From NCBI GenBank assembly GCA_963796965.1, contig CAWCNS010000004.1:512001-576000 (forward strand): a stretch of 64,000 bases of DNA, given 5' to 3'. The position numbers and the translations under genes are program-made. Origin of the DNA: Calditrichia bacterium. GTDB taxonomy: Bacteria > Calditrichota > Calditrichia > JAJRVZ01. The notes under the pieces were generated by a model, which ran no database searches, was not told the origin of the DNA, and was given only the letters and a program-made list of their open reading frames with translations. Shown in pieces: positions 52,536-62,203 of this stretch (position 1 is its first letter; each line of letters starts with the position of its first letter).

Positions 52536-54296
52536 ATGAAAACATCAAGATTGATTCCTGGAATATTGATCTGTTTATTGCTTGCTATGCAGGCTTATGC
52601 CCAATCCGGTGAAACACCTTCTCTTCCCCAAGGAAAAAACCTTTCATTAGGTGGAGAATTCACAGGTACAGATGATAGTTTCACTTTTGGTATTATTGCA
52701 GACAGACACGGTGGTAATCCTCTCATTGGTTGGCCCTATTTCGAACAGGCAATTCGAGACATGAATTGGCTGCATCCTGACTTCGTTATAATGCCCGGCG
52801 ATTTGATTGATGGCTATATACGTCGGGAAGGTCCTGTGGGAGCAGCTAAGGATTTTAATGAGCAGTTTGATTTATTTGAACATTTTGCAAATAAGTTGGA
52901 GATGCCGCTTTATTTTGTTGCCGGCAATCATGATTTGTCCAACAATACAATGAAGGATCCTTTTATCAATCGATTTGGCAGGCTCTGGTACTCCTTTGAT
53001 TACAGAAATGTTCATTTTATCGCCCTGAATTCGGAAGCGCAACCAAATGAGGTTGGTCAGCAACATCACTTCACTGAGGAACAAGTCGACTGGGCGATTT
53101 CCGATATTGCCGCCAGTAAAGATTCCCGGCATACTATTATCTTTATGCATTATCCCGCCTGGCACAACCGAAACAGAGAATCCATCATGTATCGTCAATG
53201 GATGCGGATAGAGGAGAAATTAAAAGGTAGAAAATATACAGTCATTGCCGGTCATACCCATGATTTGTCCACATCATACCGCAACGGTAGGCCCTATTAT
53301 GTTATGGCGACCAGCGGAGGCAGCCAAATCAAACCACATAGTTTTTATTTGGGAGACATACATCATACAGCACTTGTGAAAGTAGAAGGTGATTCACTAT
53401 ACCTTTCCATTCTCGAGTTGGGTGCCACACATAGAATGGAACAAGTGAGTAGAAAGCGAAAGCCAGTTGAGAAAATAGAAATTACACGCTCATTAACATT
53501 TAATGGCAATAAATTTGAATCGGAATTTAAGGCGAAGGTTATCAATCCTGAGAACCGGGAAATCCTGGTAGAATTTACTATACAGGGATTATCCCCGGGA
53601 GGGTGGCAATCATCAAACGGTGACCGGTTGACGACGGTCATTGCACCGGGGGATACTGCTATCTTGCAAACCACGCTCACTGTTTCGGATCCGATGGCTT
53701 CATATCCACCAATTTTAAATATCTATGCAAAAATAGATGGTGTGAAGTTAGTAGAACATTGTGCTGAAGTACCTGTTTTTAAGAATGAGGATTACAGGGT
53801 CATCAACAAGTGGTATAGTGCTGCTCCTTTTGATGGCAATCCCATGAGTTATAAAAAAGCACCCTTTGATCCCAGAAGGGCCTTACCAGCGATGTTCAAA
53901 GATTTTGGTCCTGAGGCACAGGCATGGAATCTTGATGATCAATTTATTACAGGAATTGGCTGGAAGGAAATCCTGACAAATGAGAGAGGCCGGGTGGATC
54001 TTGCAAAAATATATGGCTCTTTGGTCAGCCCGGTCGGTTATGCTCTAGCATTTGTTGATAGTCCAGATGAAAGGTTAACTTATTTACGCTTTGCAGTTAA
54101 TGACTACGGCCGTATTTGGCTCAACGGAAAAACTATTGGTAAGGATGTTTATTTCTGGGAAGATGGAGAGGTTACAATTCCGGTCTGGTTAAAAAAGGGA
54201 AAAAACAAAATTATGGTTAAATCAGCAAATTGGTCCGGCAACTGGTATTTTATCCTGCAATTGGCTGATCCGGATCAATCCCTGCTGTTGGAATGA
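52536..54296 (+). CDS. Exported calcineurin-like metallophosphoesterase with C-terminal Ig-like and jelly-roll modules
   Basis: IADRH, PGDLIDG, AGNHD, FMHYP, AGHTH; C-terminal VNDYGRIWLNG..LKKGKNKIMVK. Confidence 0.82.
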   Translation: MKTSRLIPGILICLLLAMQAYAQSGETPSLPQGKNLSLGGEFTGTDDSFTFGIIADRHGGNPLIGWPYFEQAIRDMNWLHPDFVIMPGDLIDGYIRREGPVGAAKDFNEQFDLFEHFANKLEMPLYFVAGNHDLSNNTMKDPFINRFGRLWYSFDYRNVHFIALNSEAQPNEVGQQHHFTEEQVDWAISDIAASKDSRHTIIFMHYPAWHNRNRESIMYRQWMRIEEKLKGRKYTVIAGHTHDLSTSYRNGRPYYVMATSGGSQIKPHSFYLGDIHHTALVKVEGDSLYLSILELGATHRMEQVSRKRKPVEKIEITRSLTFNGNKFESEFKAKVINPENREILVEFTIQGLSPGGWQSSNGDRLTTVIAPGDTAILQTTLTVSDPMASYPPILNIYAKIDGVKLVEHCAEVPVFKNEDYRVINKWYSAAPFDGNPMSYKKAPFDPRRALPAMFKDFGPEAQAWNLDDQFITGIGWKEILTNERGRVDLAKIYGSLVSPVGYALAFVDSPDERLTYLRFAVNDYGRIWLNGKTIGKDVYFWEDGEVTIPVWLKKGKNKIMVKSANWSGNWYFILQLADPDQSLLLE

Positions 54297-54328
54297 AATT
54301 CTCTGGGGCGCAGAGCAATGAAGAGGAG

Positions 54329-54360
54329 TACTCGACTTCTCTTTTGAGAGAAGTCGAGTA
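54329..54360. repeat. Perfect 14-bp hairpin (REP-like or RNA-stabilising element)
   Basis: TACTCGACTTCTCT-TTTG-AGAGAAGTCGAGTA; no U-tract on either strand. Confidence 0.7.
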
Positions 54361-54397
54361 GTTAGGAAATAAGGGCTATAAAAAGGAGTATTAGCTT

Positions 54398-55696
54398 ATG
54401 AAATTGTTAAATTATTTTATCATTTTTTGCCTTTTATTTACTCTCTCATGCAAACGAGACTCATCACAATCTGCAAATCTATCTAAAAATATCACAAATA
54501 AAGAAATGGGGACAAAAATATTTTTACATAAAGAGGGGAAAGAACTTTTCCCTATCGGTTTTTATGAGTTACCGAATGATAACGCTAAATTACTTAGATA
54601 TAAACAAGCAGGAATAAATTTATTCCGCTGTTCAGGGAATGCCGATCTTGATAGAGTTGCCGCAGTTGACGCTTTTGGGTGGGTTAGCATTAAACTGCAG
54701 AAAAAAGATAATCAGAAAGTAATGGAGAAAGTAAAATCGGTAACAAATCACCCGGCGCTTGCCATCTGGGAAGGACCTGATGAAATTATACATTCGTTTA
54801 CCAGAGCGAGTGGATTATATCGCAAAACCGGTGTCTATAAAGAACCGGATGAATGGATAAAGCAAACCCCGAATGCTATTGAATATTCTGAAAGAAAAGG
54901 GAAAGAGATTTTGCAAGCCATAAATAAAAATATTCAAGAAATTCGAAAATTAGATAGTACAAACCGGCCCATCTGGATGAATGAAGCTACATATTGCGAT
55001 CTTAAATTTGTCAGGCAGTACACAGATGCCGTAGATATAATTGGAGTTGATAATTACCCTGTCAAAGAAAATAGTCGTAATATTACGGTTATTGGCGATA
55101 TAACAAAACGGTGGGGTAAAATTGGTCGTAATGAAAGAGCAGTCTTTATGGTATTGCAGGCGTTTTCCTGGAATGAGTTAGGCGACTACTATGGTGCAAA
55201 AAACGCTGTTTATCCATCATTTAAAGAATCTCGATTTATGGCTTACGACGCCATTGTTAACGGCGCCAGTGGTATTCTTTATTGGGGATCTCATTATTTA
55301 AAGAATGAATTATTCCTGGAGTCAATATTATCTTTAACCAGTGAATTGGATAGACTGCAGCCTTTCCTTGTGGAAGCTGATCAATTGGTTAAAATTGATC
55401 TTATAGAAGCAGAACATCAAGTTGATGACAAGGGTGTACAAGTGATTGCAAAACGCCATGGTGATGATTGGATAATCATTTTAGTCAATGAAGATAATCG
55501 TTCACATTTTGGAGTGGAAGTAAGCGGAATTGAATCGTTGAATGGAACTAACATGAAATTGCTTTATAGTACTGAAGAATATACCATCAAACATGGTGAG
55601 CTTATTACACGATTGATGCCATTGCAGGTTAAAGTTTTTGCAACCAGCTTAAATTGGCAATCAATAAATCTTGAAGGAAGAGATTTTCAAGAATAA
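54398..55696 (+). CDS. Lipoprotein, putative TIM-barrel glycoside hydrolase; paralog of 35850-37190
   Basis: Lipobox TLSC; HPALAIWEGPDE, DIIGVDNYP, FMVLQAFSW, RFMAYDAIVNGASGILYWG; AAGGAG SD. Confidence 0.6.
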   Translation: MKLLNYFIIFCLLFTLSCKRDSSQSANLSKNITNKEMGTKIFLHKEGKELFPIGFYELPNDNAKLLRYKQAGINLFRCSGNADLDRVAAVDAFGWVSIKLQKKDNQKVMEKVKSVTNHPALAIWEGPDEIIHSFTRASGLYRKTGVYKEPDEWIKQTPNAIEYSERKGKEILQAINKNIQEIRKLDSTNRPIWMNEATYCDLKFVRQYTDAVDIIGVDNYPVKENSRNITVIGDITKRWGKIGRNERAVFMVLQAFSWNELGDYYGAKNAVYPSFKESRFMAYDAIVNGASGILYWGSHYLKNELFLESILSLTSELDRLQPFLVEADQLVKIDLIEAEHQVDDKGVQVIAKRHGDDWIIILVNEDNRSHFGVEVSGIESLNGTNMKLLYSTEEYTIKHGELITRLMPLQVKVFATSLNWQSINLEGRDFQE

Positions 55697-55785
55697 CCTT
55701 AGAAGAAATTATTTATTAAATTGGAATGAATATAAAATAATCGGCTTTTTATCAATCTTTTCAACCTTGTAAGACGAGGTTAACA

Positions 55786-57063
55786 GTGGCCATTATGTCA
55801 AATGGAAGAGAGAGAATGCATCCGAAAATGAAATTAAGTTGTCGTTTTGTGTTGTTATTAGCAGTGATCTCAATTGCGAGTATTCGATGTGTCAATGAAT
55901 CTGACAGCAATCTCATTCGCAGATCGGATTCATTGCCGGAAACGACGCCTTGGGATTTGGAAGAATTAAGCAAAGCACCAGAGTTTGTATGGGATGAAGG
56001 CACGAATGTCCGTTCGTTATATTACGAGGGTATGCCGTACATGGGCAAGACGACTCGCGTATTCGCCTACTATGCAACTCCGGGCACATTATCGGATGAT
56101 CCGGCAAAGGACAAAAATCTTCCGGCCATTGTTCTTGTACACGGTGGAGGTGGAACGGCATTTCATGAATGGGTTAAACTCTGGGCTGAACGTGGTTACG
56201 CAGCAATCGCTATGGATTTAGCAGGTTACGGCCCAAACAGAGAAAGACTAACGGATGGCGGGCCGAATCAGCATGATAATACAAAATTCGGAGAAATTGA
56301 AGAGCCGCTTTCGGATCAATGGACTTTTCATGCTGTGGCAAATGTAATCATGGCCCACTCACTTGTACGCTCGTTTCCGGAAATTAACCCGAAACGAACT
56401 GCCGTCATCGGTATTAGTTGGGGCGGCTACTTGACTTGTATTGTAGCTGGATTGGACAACCGTTTTAAAGCAGCAATCCCCATTTATGGCTGTGGATTTC
56501 TCCATGAAAACAGTTATTGGCTCCACGAATTTGACAAAATGTCCGCAGAAAACAAGAACAAATGGATTCAGTTTTGGGATCCTTCCCAATATGTCGGTTC
56601 AACAACAATGCCGATATTTTTTGTCAATGGCGGAACAGACTTTGCCTATCCTCCTGACAGTCATGCCAAAACATATGAACTGGTACAATCACAAAAAAAT
56701 ATCCGCTTTGTTCCTGACATGGCGCATGGCCATATTTTTGACCGTCCTAAAGAAATCGAGGTTTTTATTGACCATTATTTGAATAATAGAGTTCCCCTTG
56801 CCAAAATTTTATCTATTGACGTTGGGGAAAAGATGGTTACGGCAAAAGTTGATAGCAAAACAAAGTTAGCATCAGCAGAGCTTCATTACACAATGGACAA
56901 TCTACCGGGAAATCCAAAAACCAGAAAGTGGCAAAAGCAATCGGCGAATATCGACCATCATGAAATAACCACCAACCCCCCGCCGGAGGACGCACGAATA
57001 TGGTTCCTAACCGTGACAGATGAACGAGGAATGGTGGTCTCGAGCAAACTCATGTTTCGGTAA
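55786..57063 (+). CDS. Alpha/beta-hydrolase (acetylxylan esterase / dienelactone hydrolase-like), exported; true start probably ATG 55816 or 55828
   Basis: LVHGGGG oxyanion motif, GISWGG nucleophile elbow, NGGTD acid, HGH catalytic His. Confidence 0.82.
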   Translation: MAIMSNGRERMHPKMKLSCRFVLLLAVISIASIRCVNESDSNLIRRSDSLPETTPWDLEELSKAPEFVWDEGTNVRSLYYEGMPYMGKTTRVFAYYATPGTLSDDPAKDKNLPAIVLVHGGGGTAFHEWVKLWAERGYAAIAMDLAGYGPNRERLTDGGPNQHDNTKFGEIEEPLSDQWTFHAVANVIMAHSLVRSFPEINPKRTAVIGISWGGYLTCIVAGLDNRFKAAIPIYGCGFLHENSYWLHEFDKMSAENKNKWIQFWDPSQYVGSTTMPIFFVNGGTDFAYPPDSHAKTYELVQSQKNIRFVPDMAHGHIFDRPKEIEVFIDHYLNNRVPLAKILSIDVGEKMVTAKVDSKTKLASAELHYTMDNLPGNPKTRKWQKQSANIDHHEITTNPPPEDARIWFLTVTDERGMVVSSKLMFR

Positions 57064-57153
57064 AACCAAAAAGGCCATAAGCTAGAAATGCACCGGTAAG
57101 AATCAAGTGACCAGTAAAAAAAATATTTTGACAGGATTAACGGGATAATAATT

Positions 57154-59295
57154 ATGATGAATATGTTATTATTAATTCTTCTAATAAGTATGCAAACAAT
57201 GAAATTATTTGCCGGAGAGATTGTCCTTGAAAATAAAAATTTAAAAGCTGTTCTTAGCGAGGCCAATGGCTCACTGGAGCAACTGACAGTTAAGAAAACG
57301 GGCTGGCAGATCCAGTGTAGGCCTGAATTGGCACAATCATTTTTACTGCATGTGCCTCTTCCTAATCAGAGATTTAACCCTGTTTATGGTAAAAAGCAGA
57401 CCTTGCCTGATATGCAGCGTGTGGGTAATCAGGTGATCTTTACCTGGAAGAATCTTAAGAGTGATAAGGACGGCGTGCTCGATATTGAGTTCAAGGGTAA
57501 AATTGAATTAAATGATGATGGTCTGGTCTTTTCAGCTAAGATTAAAAACAATAGTCCAAATGTGATCGAGACGGTAAGTTGGCCTTTTTTGGGTGATCTC
57601 TCCAAACCTGCTGGATCTGATCAACTTCACCATTTAGCGATTCATTATGGTGGTTTGAAAAAACTGGAACTCTATCCAAAATTTGCGAATGATCCGGGTT
57701 ATTTTGGTATTGATTACCCTATGCATACAATATCAACCCCCTATACCCCTTTTTCATTAATTGATGAGGGCAACCAGGGACTTTATGTGGGGTATCTGGA
57801 TACAACAGCCGAACATTTGGTCAAATTTACAGCACGATTGCTACCGGGTTATACCAGTTATGAATTATGGGATACAGGGGTAAATCCTAAAACTGATCAA
57901 ATCTCAGGACAACTCGTTCATTTGGAATTTTCTCCGGTTCATTTTCCCTTCATCAATCCTGGCGAGACAGTTAATCTTCATCCAATTGTGTTGCAGCCCT
58001 ATCAGGGAACCTGGCACAAGGGCGCCGATTTTTATAAGAAATGGCGTAGCACCTGGTTTAGACCACCCACCAAACCTGAATGGCTTAGTGAAGTCCATTC
58101 CTGGCAGCAGATTCATGTGAACAACCCTGAAGACGATATACGATACAACTATAACGATTTGATCCAGATCGGTAAGGATTGTGCTAAACATGGGGTTAAA
58201 GCTATTCAGGTGACAGGCTGGACTATTGGTGGCCAGGATGAAGGCAATCCTTCTCATGATACGGATCCCAGATTGGGTACTTACGAGGACCTTGAGAAGG
58301 TCATTGCTGAAGTTCAGGGAATGGGCGTAAAAATGGTCTTATTCACCAAGTTCACCTGGGCGGATCGTACGAAAGACTGGTATCAGAAAGAACTCATTAA
58401 ATACGCAGTTAAAGATCCCTATGGCGAGCCCTGGTTTCATTCCGGATATGCCTATCAGACACCGACGCAACTGGCAGGTATCAATACACATAGATTCTCA
58501 CCCATGTGTCACCTCTCATCAGAGTGGCGGAAAATTGCCAATGAAGAATTTATTAAGCCTGTGAAACTTAATGCAGACGGTATGCTTTATGATGAGAACC
58601 AACATCACGGCGGCGCACATTATTGTTTCGACCCGGATCATGGCCATCATGTTCCGGCACATATTTTTGCCGGGGATGCCTATCTGGCGGAGGGCTTTCA
58701 TGGGATCAGTCAGGAACTAAAACCTGACTATGTTTATGCCGGGGAAGGGCATTATGATTTGGAATACCGTCATTATCATGTATCTTATTTCCGTGTGGAT
58801 CTAAACCATGTTCCTATACACCGTTACGTAGCGCCGAAAGAAGAAATGATGATCGCTATTGCCGGATACAATGATCGTAATATGATCAATCTGGCTTTGA
58901 TGAACCGTTATATATTTAGCTATGAGCCCCGCAACTTTAAGGGACGGCTTGATGAATTTCCCCTGACCATTGCGTATGGTAAAAAAGTGGATGCACTTCG
59001 AAAGCGTTATAAGGATTATTTGTGGAAAGGAATTTTTAGGCATACATTGGGAGCAAAACTAACAGCTAATGGTAAAGAATTTGAGACCTATTCGGTGTTT
59101 GAAAATCGTGAGAATGGAAAACGTGCGGTTGTGGTGGTTAATTATGATTACGATCTTTCAATAGATGTGCAAGTTAAATTGGAAAGAGAAGCGGGTGAAT
59201 TATGGACTGTAACCCCCGAAAATCAGGATCTAAAAAAATATCGGGGAAGCGTCTTGTTACCGCCTAATTCTGCGGTAGTAATTATTGAAAAATAA
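57154..59295 (+). CDS. Exported DUF6259-type (GH36-like TIM barrel) putative glycoside hydrolase
   Basis: GTWHKGADFYKKW, PMCHLSSEWR, DGMLYDE, CFDPDHGH, YAGEG; parallels 18233-20524. Confidence 0.6.
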   Translation: MMNMLLLILLISMQTMKLFAGEIVLENKNLKAVLSEANGSLEQLTVKKTGWQIQCRPELAQSFLLHVPLPNQRFNPVYGKKQTLPDMQRVGNQVIFTWKNLKSDKDGVLDIEFKGKIELNDDGLVFSAKIKNNSPNVIETVSWPFLGDLSKPAGSDQLHHLAIHYGGLKKLELYPKFANDPGYFGIDYPMHTISTPYTPFSLIDEGNQGLYVGYLDTTAEHLVKFTARLLPGYTSYELWDTGVNPKTDQISGQLVHLEFSPVHFPFINPGETVNLHPIVLQPYQGTWHKGADFYKKWRSTWFRPPTKPEWLSEVHSWQQIHVNNPEDDIRYNYNDLIQIGKDCAKHGVKAIQVTGWTIGGQDEGNPSHDTDPRLGTYEDLEKVIAEVQGMGVKMVLFTKFTWADRTKDWYQKELIKYAVKDPYGEPWFHSGYAYQTPTQLAGINTHRFSPMCHLSSEWRKIANEEFIKPVKLNADGMLYDENQHHGGAHYCFDPDHGHHVPAHIFAGDAYLAEGFHGISQELKPDYVYAGEGHYDLEYRHYHVSYFRVDLNHVPIHRYVAPKEEMMIAIAGYNDRNMINLALMNRYIFSYEPRNFKGRLDEFPLTIAYGKKVDALRKRYKDYLWKGIFRHTLGAKLTANGKEFETYSVFENRENGKRAVVVVNYDYDLSIDVQVKLEREAGELWTVTPENQDLKKYRGSVLLPPNSAVVIIEK

Positions 59296-59306
59296 TTAAA
59301 ATTTTT

Positions 59307-59487
59307 TCCACGAATTACACGAATTTTCACAAATTAATGATTTCTAATATTTATAAAGGAAAATCAAAGATAACATATCACCCAATAAAAAGGCTGCTGC
59401 AGAATAAAAACATTATTAATATTACTCCCTTAAAATATTAGATCGAACAACCGTAAAATAATTCATGTAATTCATGTAATTCGTGGA
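59307..59487. repeat. Intergenic inverted-arm element, CACGAATTA-type units
   Basis: Left TCCACGAATTACACGAATTTTCACAAATT; right arm reverse complement TCCACGAATTACATGAATTACATGAATT (first 19 nt match 18/19). Confidence 0.8.
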
Positions 59488-59512
59488 CTAAAATATTTTC
59501 AATGAGGTAAAT

Positions 59513-60796
59513 ATGAAATATTCTTTCTTTTTTATTATTGTATTGGCTTATTTTAGCTGTGCTGAGAGAGTTAATCATTCCCAGGTTCCAGTTAGAACGA
59601 TTGCTGATGGTTGGAATGCGGAAGTTGTTGCCGAGATTGATCAGAGTTATGCTGGCTGGGATGTGGAAATAGATGATGCGGACAATGATGGTGAAAACGA
59701 AATTTTAGTCACTGGTTGCCCAAATAGTCGTTTATATCTATCTAAACTTAGTAATGATCAGTGGGAAACAAGAATGCTGGCAGATAATCTGGCGGAGAGT
59801 TTTCCAGGAATAGGCTTAGCGGTTAAAGTTGTCGATCTAAACCTTGATGGAAAAAATGAATTAATCCTTGGTACGGGCCAGGAAACAGGGGGGATTGCTT
59901 TTTTTTATTTACTTGAGACCGATGGACAAAAGATAACGAAAAAGATCTTTAGCAGGCCCCAATTCAACAGTAGTTCCTACACACATAATTTTGCCGTTGC
60001 TGATCTCGACAAAGATGGCCTGTTAGAAGTTGTTTCAGCCTATTGTGGTGGAGGTGAAATCATTCGTTATGATTTTGACGATAAACTGTCAAAGATTGAT
60101 GCAAAAAAGCTTTATCAGTTATCTGCCTCTGGTGAAGAATCCATTATTGCTGATGTTGATAATGATGGGCAGGTTGAATATCTGGCCTCAAATAGTTTCA
60201 GGCGCGAAGATGCAAAAGTTGAAATTTTTGAATTTGATTCAAAGGGAAATCTCATCACGCCTGCACGCCTCATCATAGATGGTTATGATGGTAAGGGTTG
60301 TTTTTATGCTTCCTTTATGGTCGGCGATGTAGATAATAATGGTAGTAATGAATTAATTGTTGGTTGGAAGCAAGATCAACGGGTTAACAAAGGGACAGTT
60401 ATTGGATATAATGTCAGTGAAAAGGCAGAAAAGGTTTATACATTTGCATATGAAGATGAAGATCTTGATATGTCCTACTTTGAAAAAATGATGGCTGTGG
60501 CCGATGCAGACAATGATGGAAAAAATGAATTGGTTCTTTCTACCCGTGGTGATAATATGTCTGAAAAAATCACCAGTAAACATCTTGGTCATGTCTTTCA
60601 ATATATAGTTGATGAAAATGGTGAAATTAAAAAAACACTTCTGGTTAACCTGGATCCGGAAAAAGCCGAATCTTCCTGGTTGGCTGTTGGTGATGCCGAT
60701 AATGACGGAAATAACGAGATCGTACTGGCGACGGGTAAAGGCGACCGGACAAAAAGAGGCAAATCCTATATTTTACTGGTTAGCAGCAACAAATGA
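59513..60796 (+). CDS. FG-GAP/VCBS repeat beta-propeller lipoprotein
   Basis: Lipobox-like FSC; seven DxDxDGxxE repeats (DADNDGENEI, DLNLDGKNEL, DLDKDGLLEV, DVDNDGQVEY, DVDNNGSNEL, DADNDGKNEL, DADNDGNNEI). Confidence 0.85.
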   Translation: MKYSFFFIIVLAYFSCAERVNHSQVPVRTIADGWNAEVVAEIDQSYAGWDVEIDDADNDGENEILVTGCPNSRLYLSKLSNDQWETRMLADNLAESFPGIGLAVKVVDLNLDGKNELILGTGQETGGIAFFYLLETDGQKITKKIFSRPQFNSSSYTHNFAVADLDKDGLLEVVSAYCGGGEIIRYDFDDKLSKIDAKKLYQLSASGEESIIADVDNDGQVEYLASNSFRREDAKVEIFEFDSKGNLITPARLIIDGYDGKGCFYASFMVGDVDNNGSNELIVGWKQDQRVNKGTVIGYNVSEKAEKVYTFAYEDEDLDMSYFEKMMAVADADNDGKNELVLSTRGDNMSEKITSKHLGHVFQYIVDENGEIKKTLLVNLDPEKAESSWLAVGDADNDGNNEIVLATGKGDRTKRGKSYILLVSSNK

Positions 60797-60950
60797 AACT
60801 ATGGGGATTGATAGGCAAACCACGGATTGAATAATATTGCTCAATATTAATATTTAACGTTCAATTGTGAAATGTATATGGCCAATTATCAATGAACAAA
60901 TGTCATTGTAAATGCATCTTTCATGATAAATTTTTATAGAAAGGAAAATC

Positions 60951-62177
60951 GTGATGCGTATATACAAATTATTCATGACTGGAATTTTGATGATTGTTTT
61001 AATTCTGCCCTCGATCTTTGGCTGCAGCGGTGAATCAGATTCAAAGGCTATTGAAAACGAAAAAATAATTACAGCAAATCTGATATCTGTCGCAAGTATT
61101 GAAAACGGCGAGTTGAGTGTTGCCGGTGAAGGTGATGATAAAATTCAAATACTTAAAGTATGGGGCACACCCTATGAAATGGGAAAAGCGCATGGTGTGC
61201 TGTTGAAAAAAGAAATAAATGAACATGTACCAAATCTTATTCGCCTGATGTCAGAAAAAAGCGGTCAGCCGGTATCCGTTCTTGACAATGTGTATGAAGC
61301 AACGAAGCCATTTATAGCAGACTATTTTATTGAAGAACTGCAGGGTTTGGCAGATGGCAGCGGATTATCGCTTCAGGATATCATCCGTGCTAATCTGATC
61401 GGAGAAGCAAGTGAATGGCATTGTAGCCTGTTCGGTGCCTGGGGCAAAGCGACCGCTGCCGATGGCCATCTCTACCAGTTACGTGCGCTCGATTATGAAG
61501 TTAAATCTAATATTCAGAAATATCCTGTGATTGTTGTATATTATCCTAATAACGGTCATCCCTTTGCCAATATTACCTGGAGCGGAGTTGTCGGTTGTAT
61601 TTCCGGAATCAGTTCAGAACGACTGGCGATCAGCGAAATTGGAGATGACTACGACAAAGAAAACGATACCTTTGCCGGTATTCCTTTTATGTTTCTGTTG
61701 CGTGACATTCTACAATTTGACATAAGCCTTGAAGAGGCGATCTCAAGAGTTAAAAAAGCATCGAGAACAACATCGCTTTTATATGGTCTCGGTGATGGTG
61801 AGTTCGGACAATTAAGAGGCCTTCAGACATCCCATACGCTCTGCAATATCTATGATCCGGATAATCTTGAACCTCTAACTCCAAAACATCAGCGGATTGA
61901 AGATATTGTCTACTGGGGTATGAGTTGGGATGTTCCGGCTTATGATGGCCCGCTGCATGACAAACTTGCCGAGCATTATGGAAAAATAAATGCAGAGGTT
62001 ACGATCAACGATATCATAACATCAGTTAAAACAGGAAACCTGCAAACGGTTGTTTATGACCTGACTGACATGAAAATCTGGGTTGCCAATGCGCGTGCTG
62101 ATGATGAGAGTGGCCCGTTACCTGCTTATAACCGCCAGTTTATCCGATTTGATATGAACCAATTGTTTAAACGATAA
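60951..62177 (+). CDS. C45 / acid-ceramidase-like N-terminal-nucleophile hydrolase, lipoprotein
   Basis: WGTPYEMGKAHG, EELQGLADG, H|CSLFGAWG autocleavage Cys, LRALDY, GIPFMFLLRDILQ. Confidence 0.8.
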   Translation: MMRIYKLFMTGILMIVLILPSIFGCSGESDSKAIENEKIITANLISVASIENGELSVAGEGDDKIQILKVWGTPYEMGKAHGVLLKKEINEHVPNLIRLMSEKSGQPVSVLDNVYEATKPFIADYFIEELQGLADGSGLSLQDIIRANLIGEASEWHCSLFGAWGKATAADGHLYQLRALDYEVKSNIQKYPVIVVYYPNNGHPFANITWSGVVGCISGISSERLAISEIGDDYDKENDTFAGIPFMFLLRDILQFDISLEEAISRVKKASRTTSLLYGLGDGEFGQLRGLQTSHTLCNIYDPDNLEPLTPKHQRIEDIVYWGMSWDVPAYDGPLHDKLAEHYGKINAEVTINDIITSVKTGNLQTVVYDLTDMKIWVANARADDESGPLPAYNRQFIRFDMNQLFKR

Positions 62178-62203
62178 TATACTGTACCGGAAGGACTATA
62201 AAA

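Noticed and set aside
60818..60915. AACCACGGATTGA and CAATTATCAATGAACAAATG as further repeat arms
   Set aside because: Single or very degenerate units without a partner arm; not distinguishable from chance
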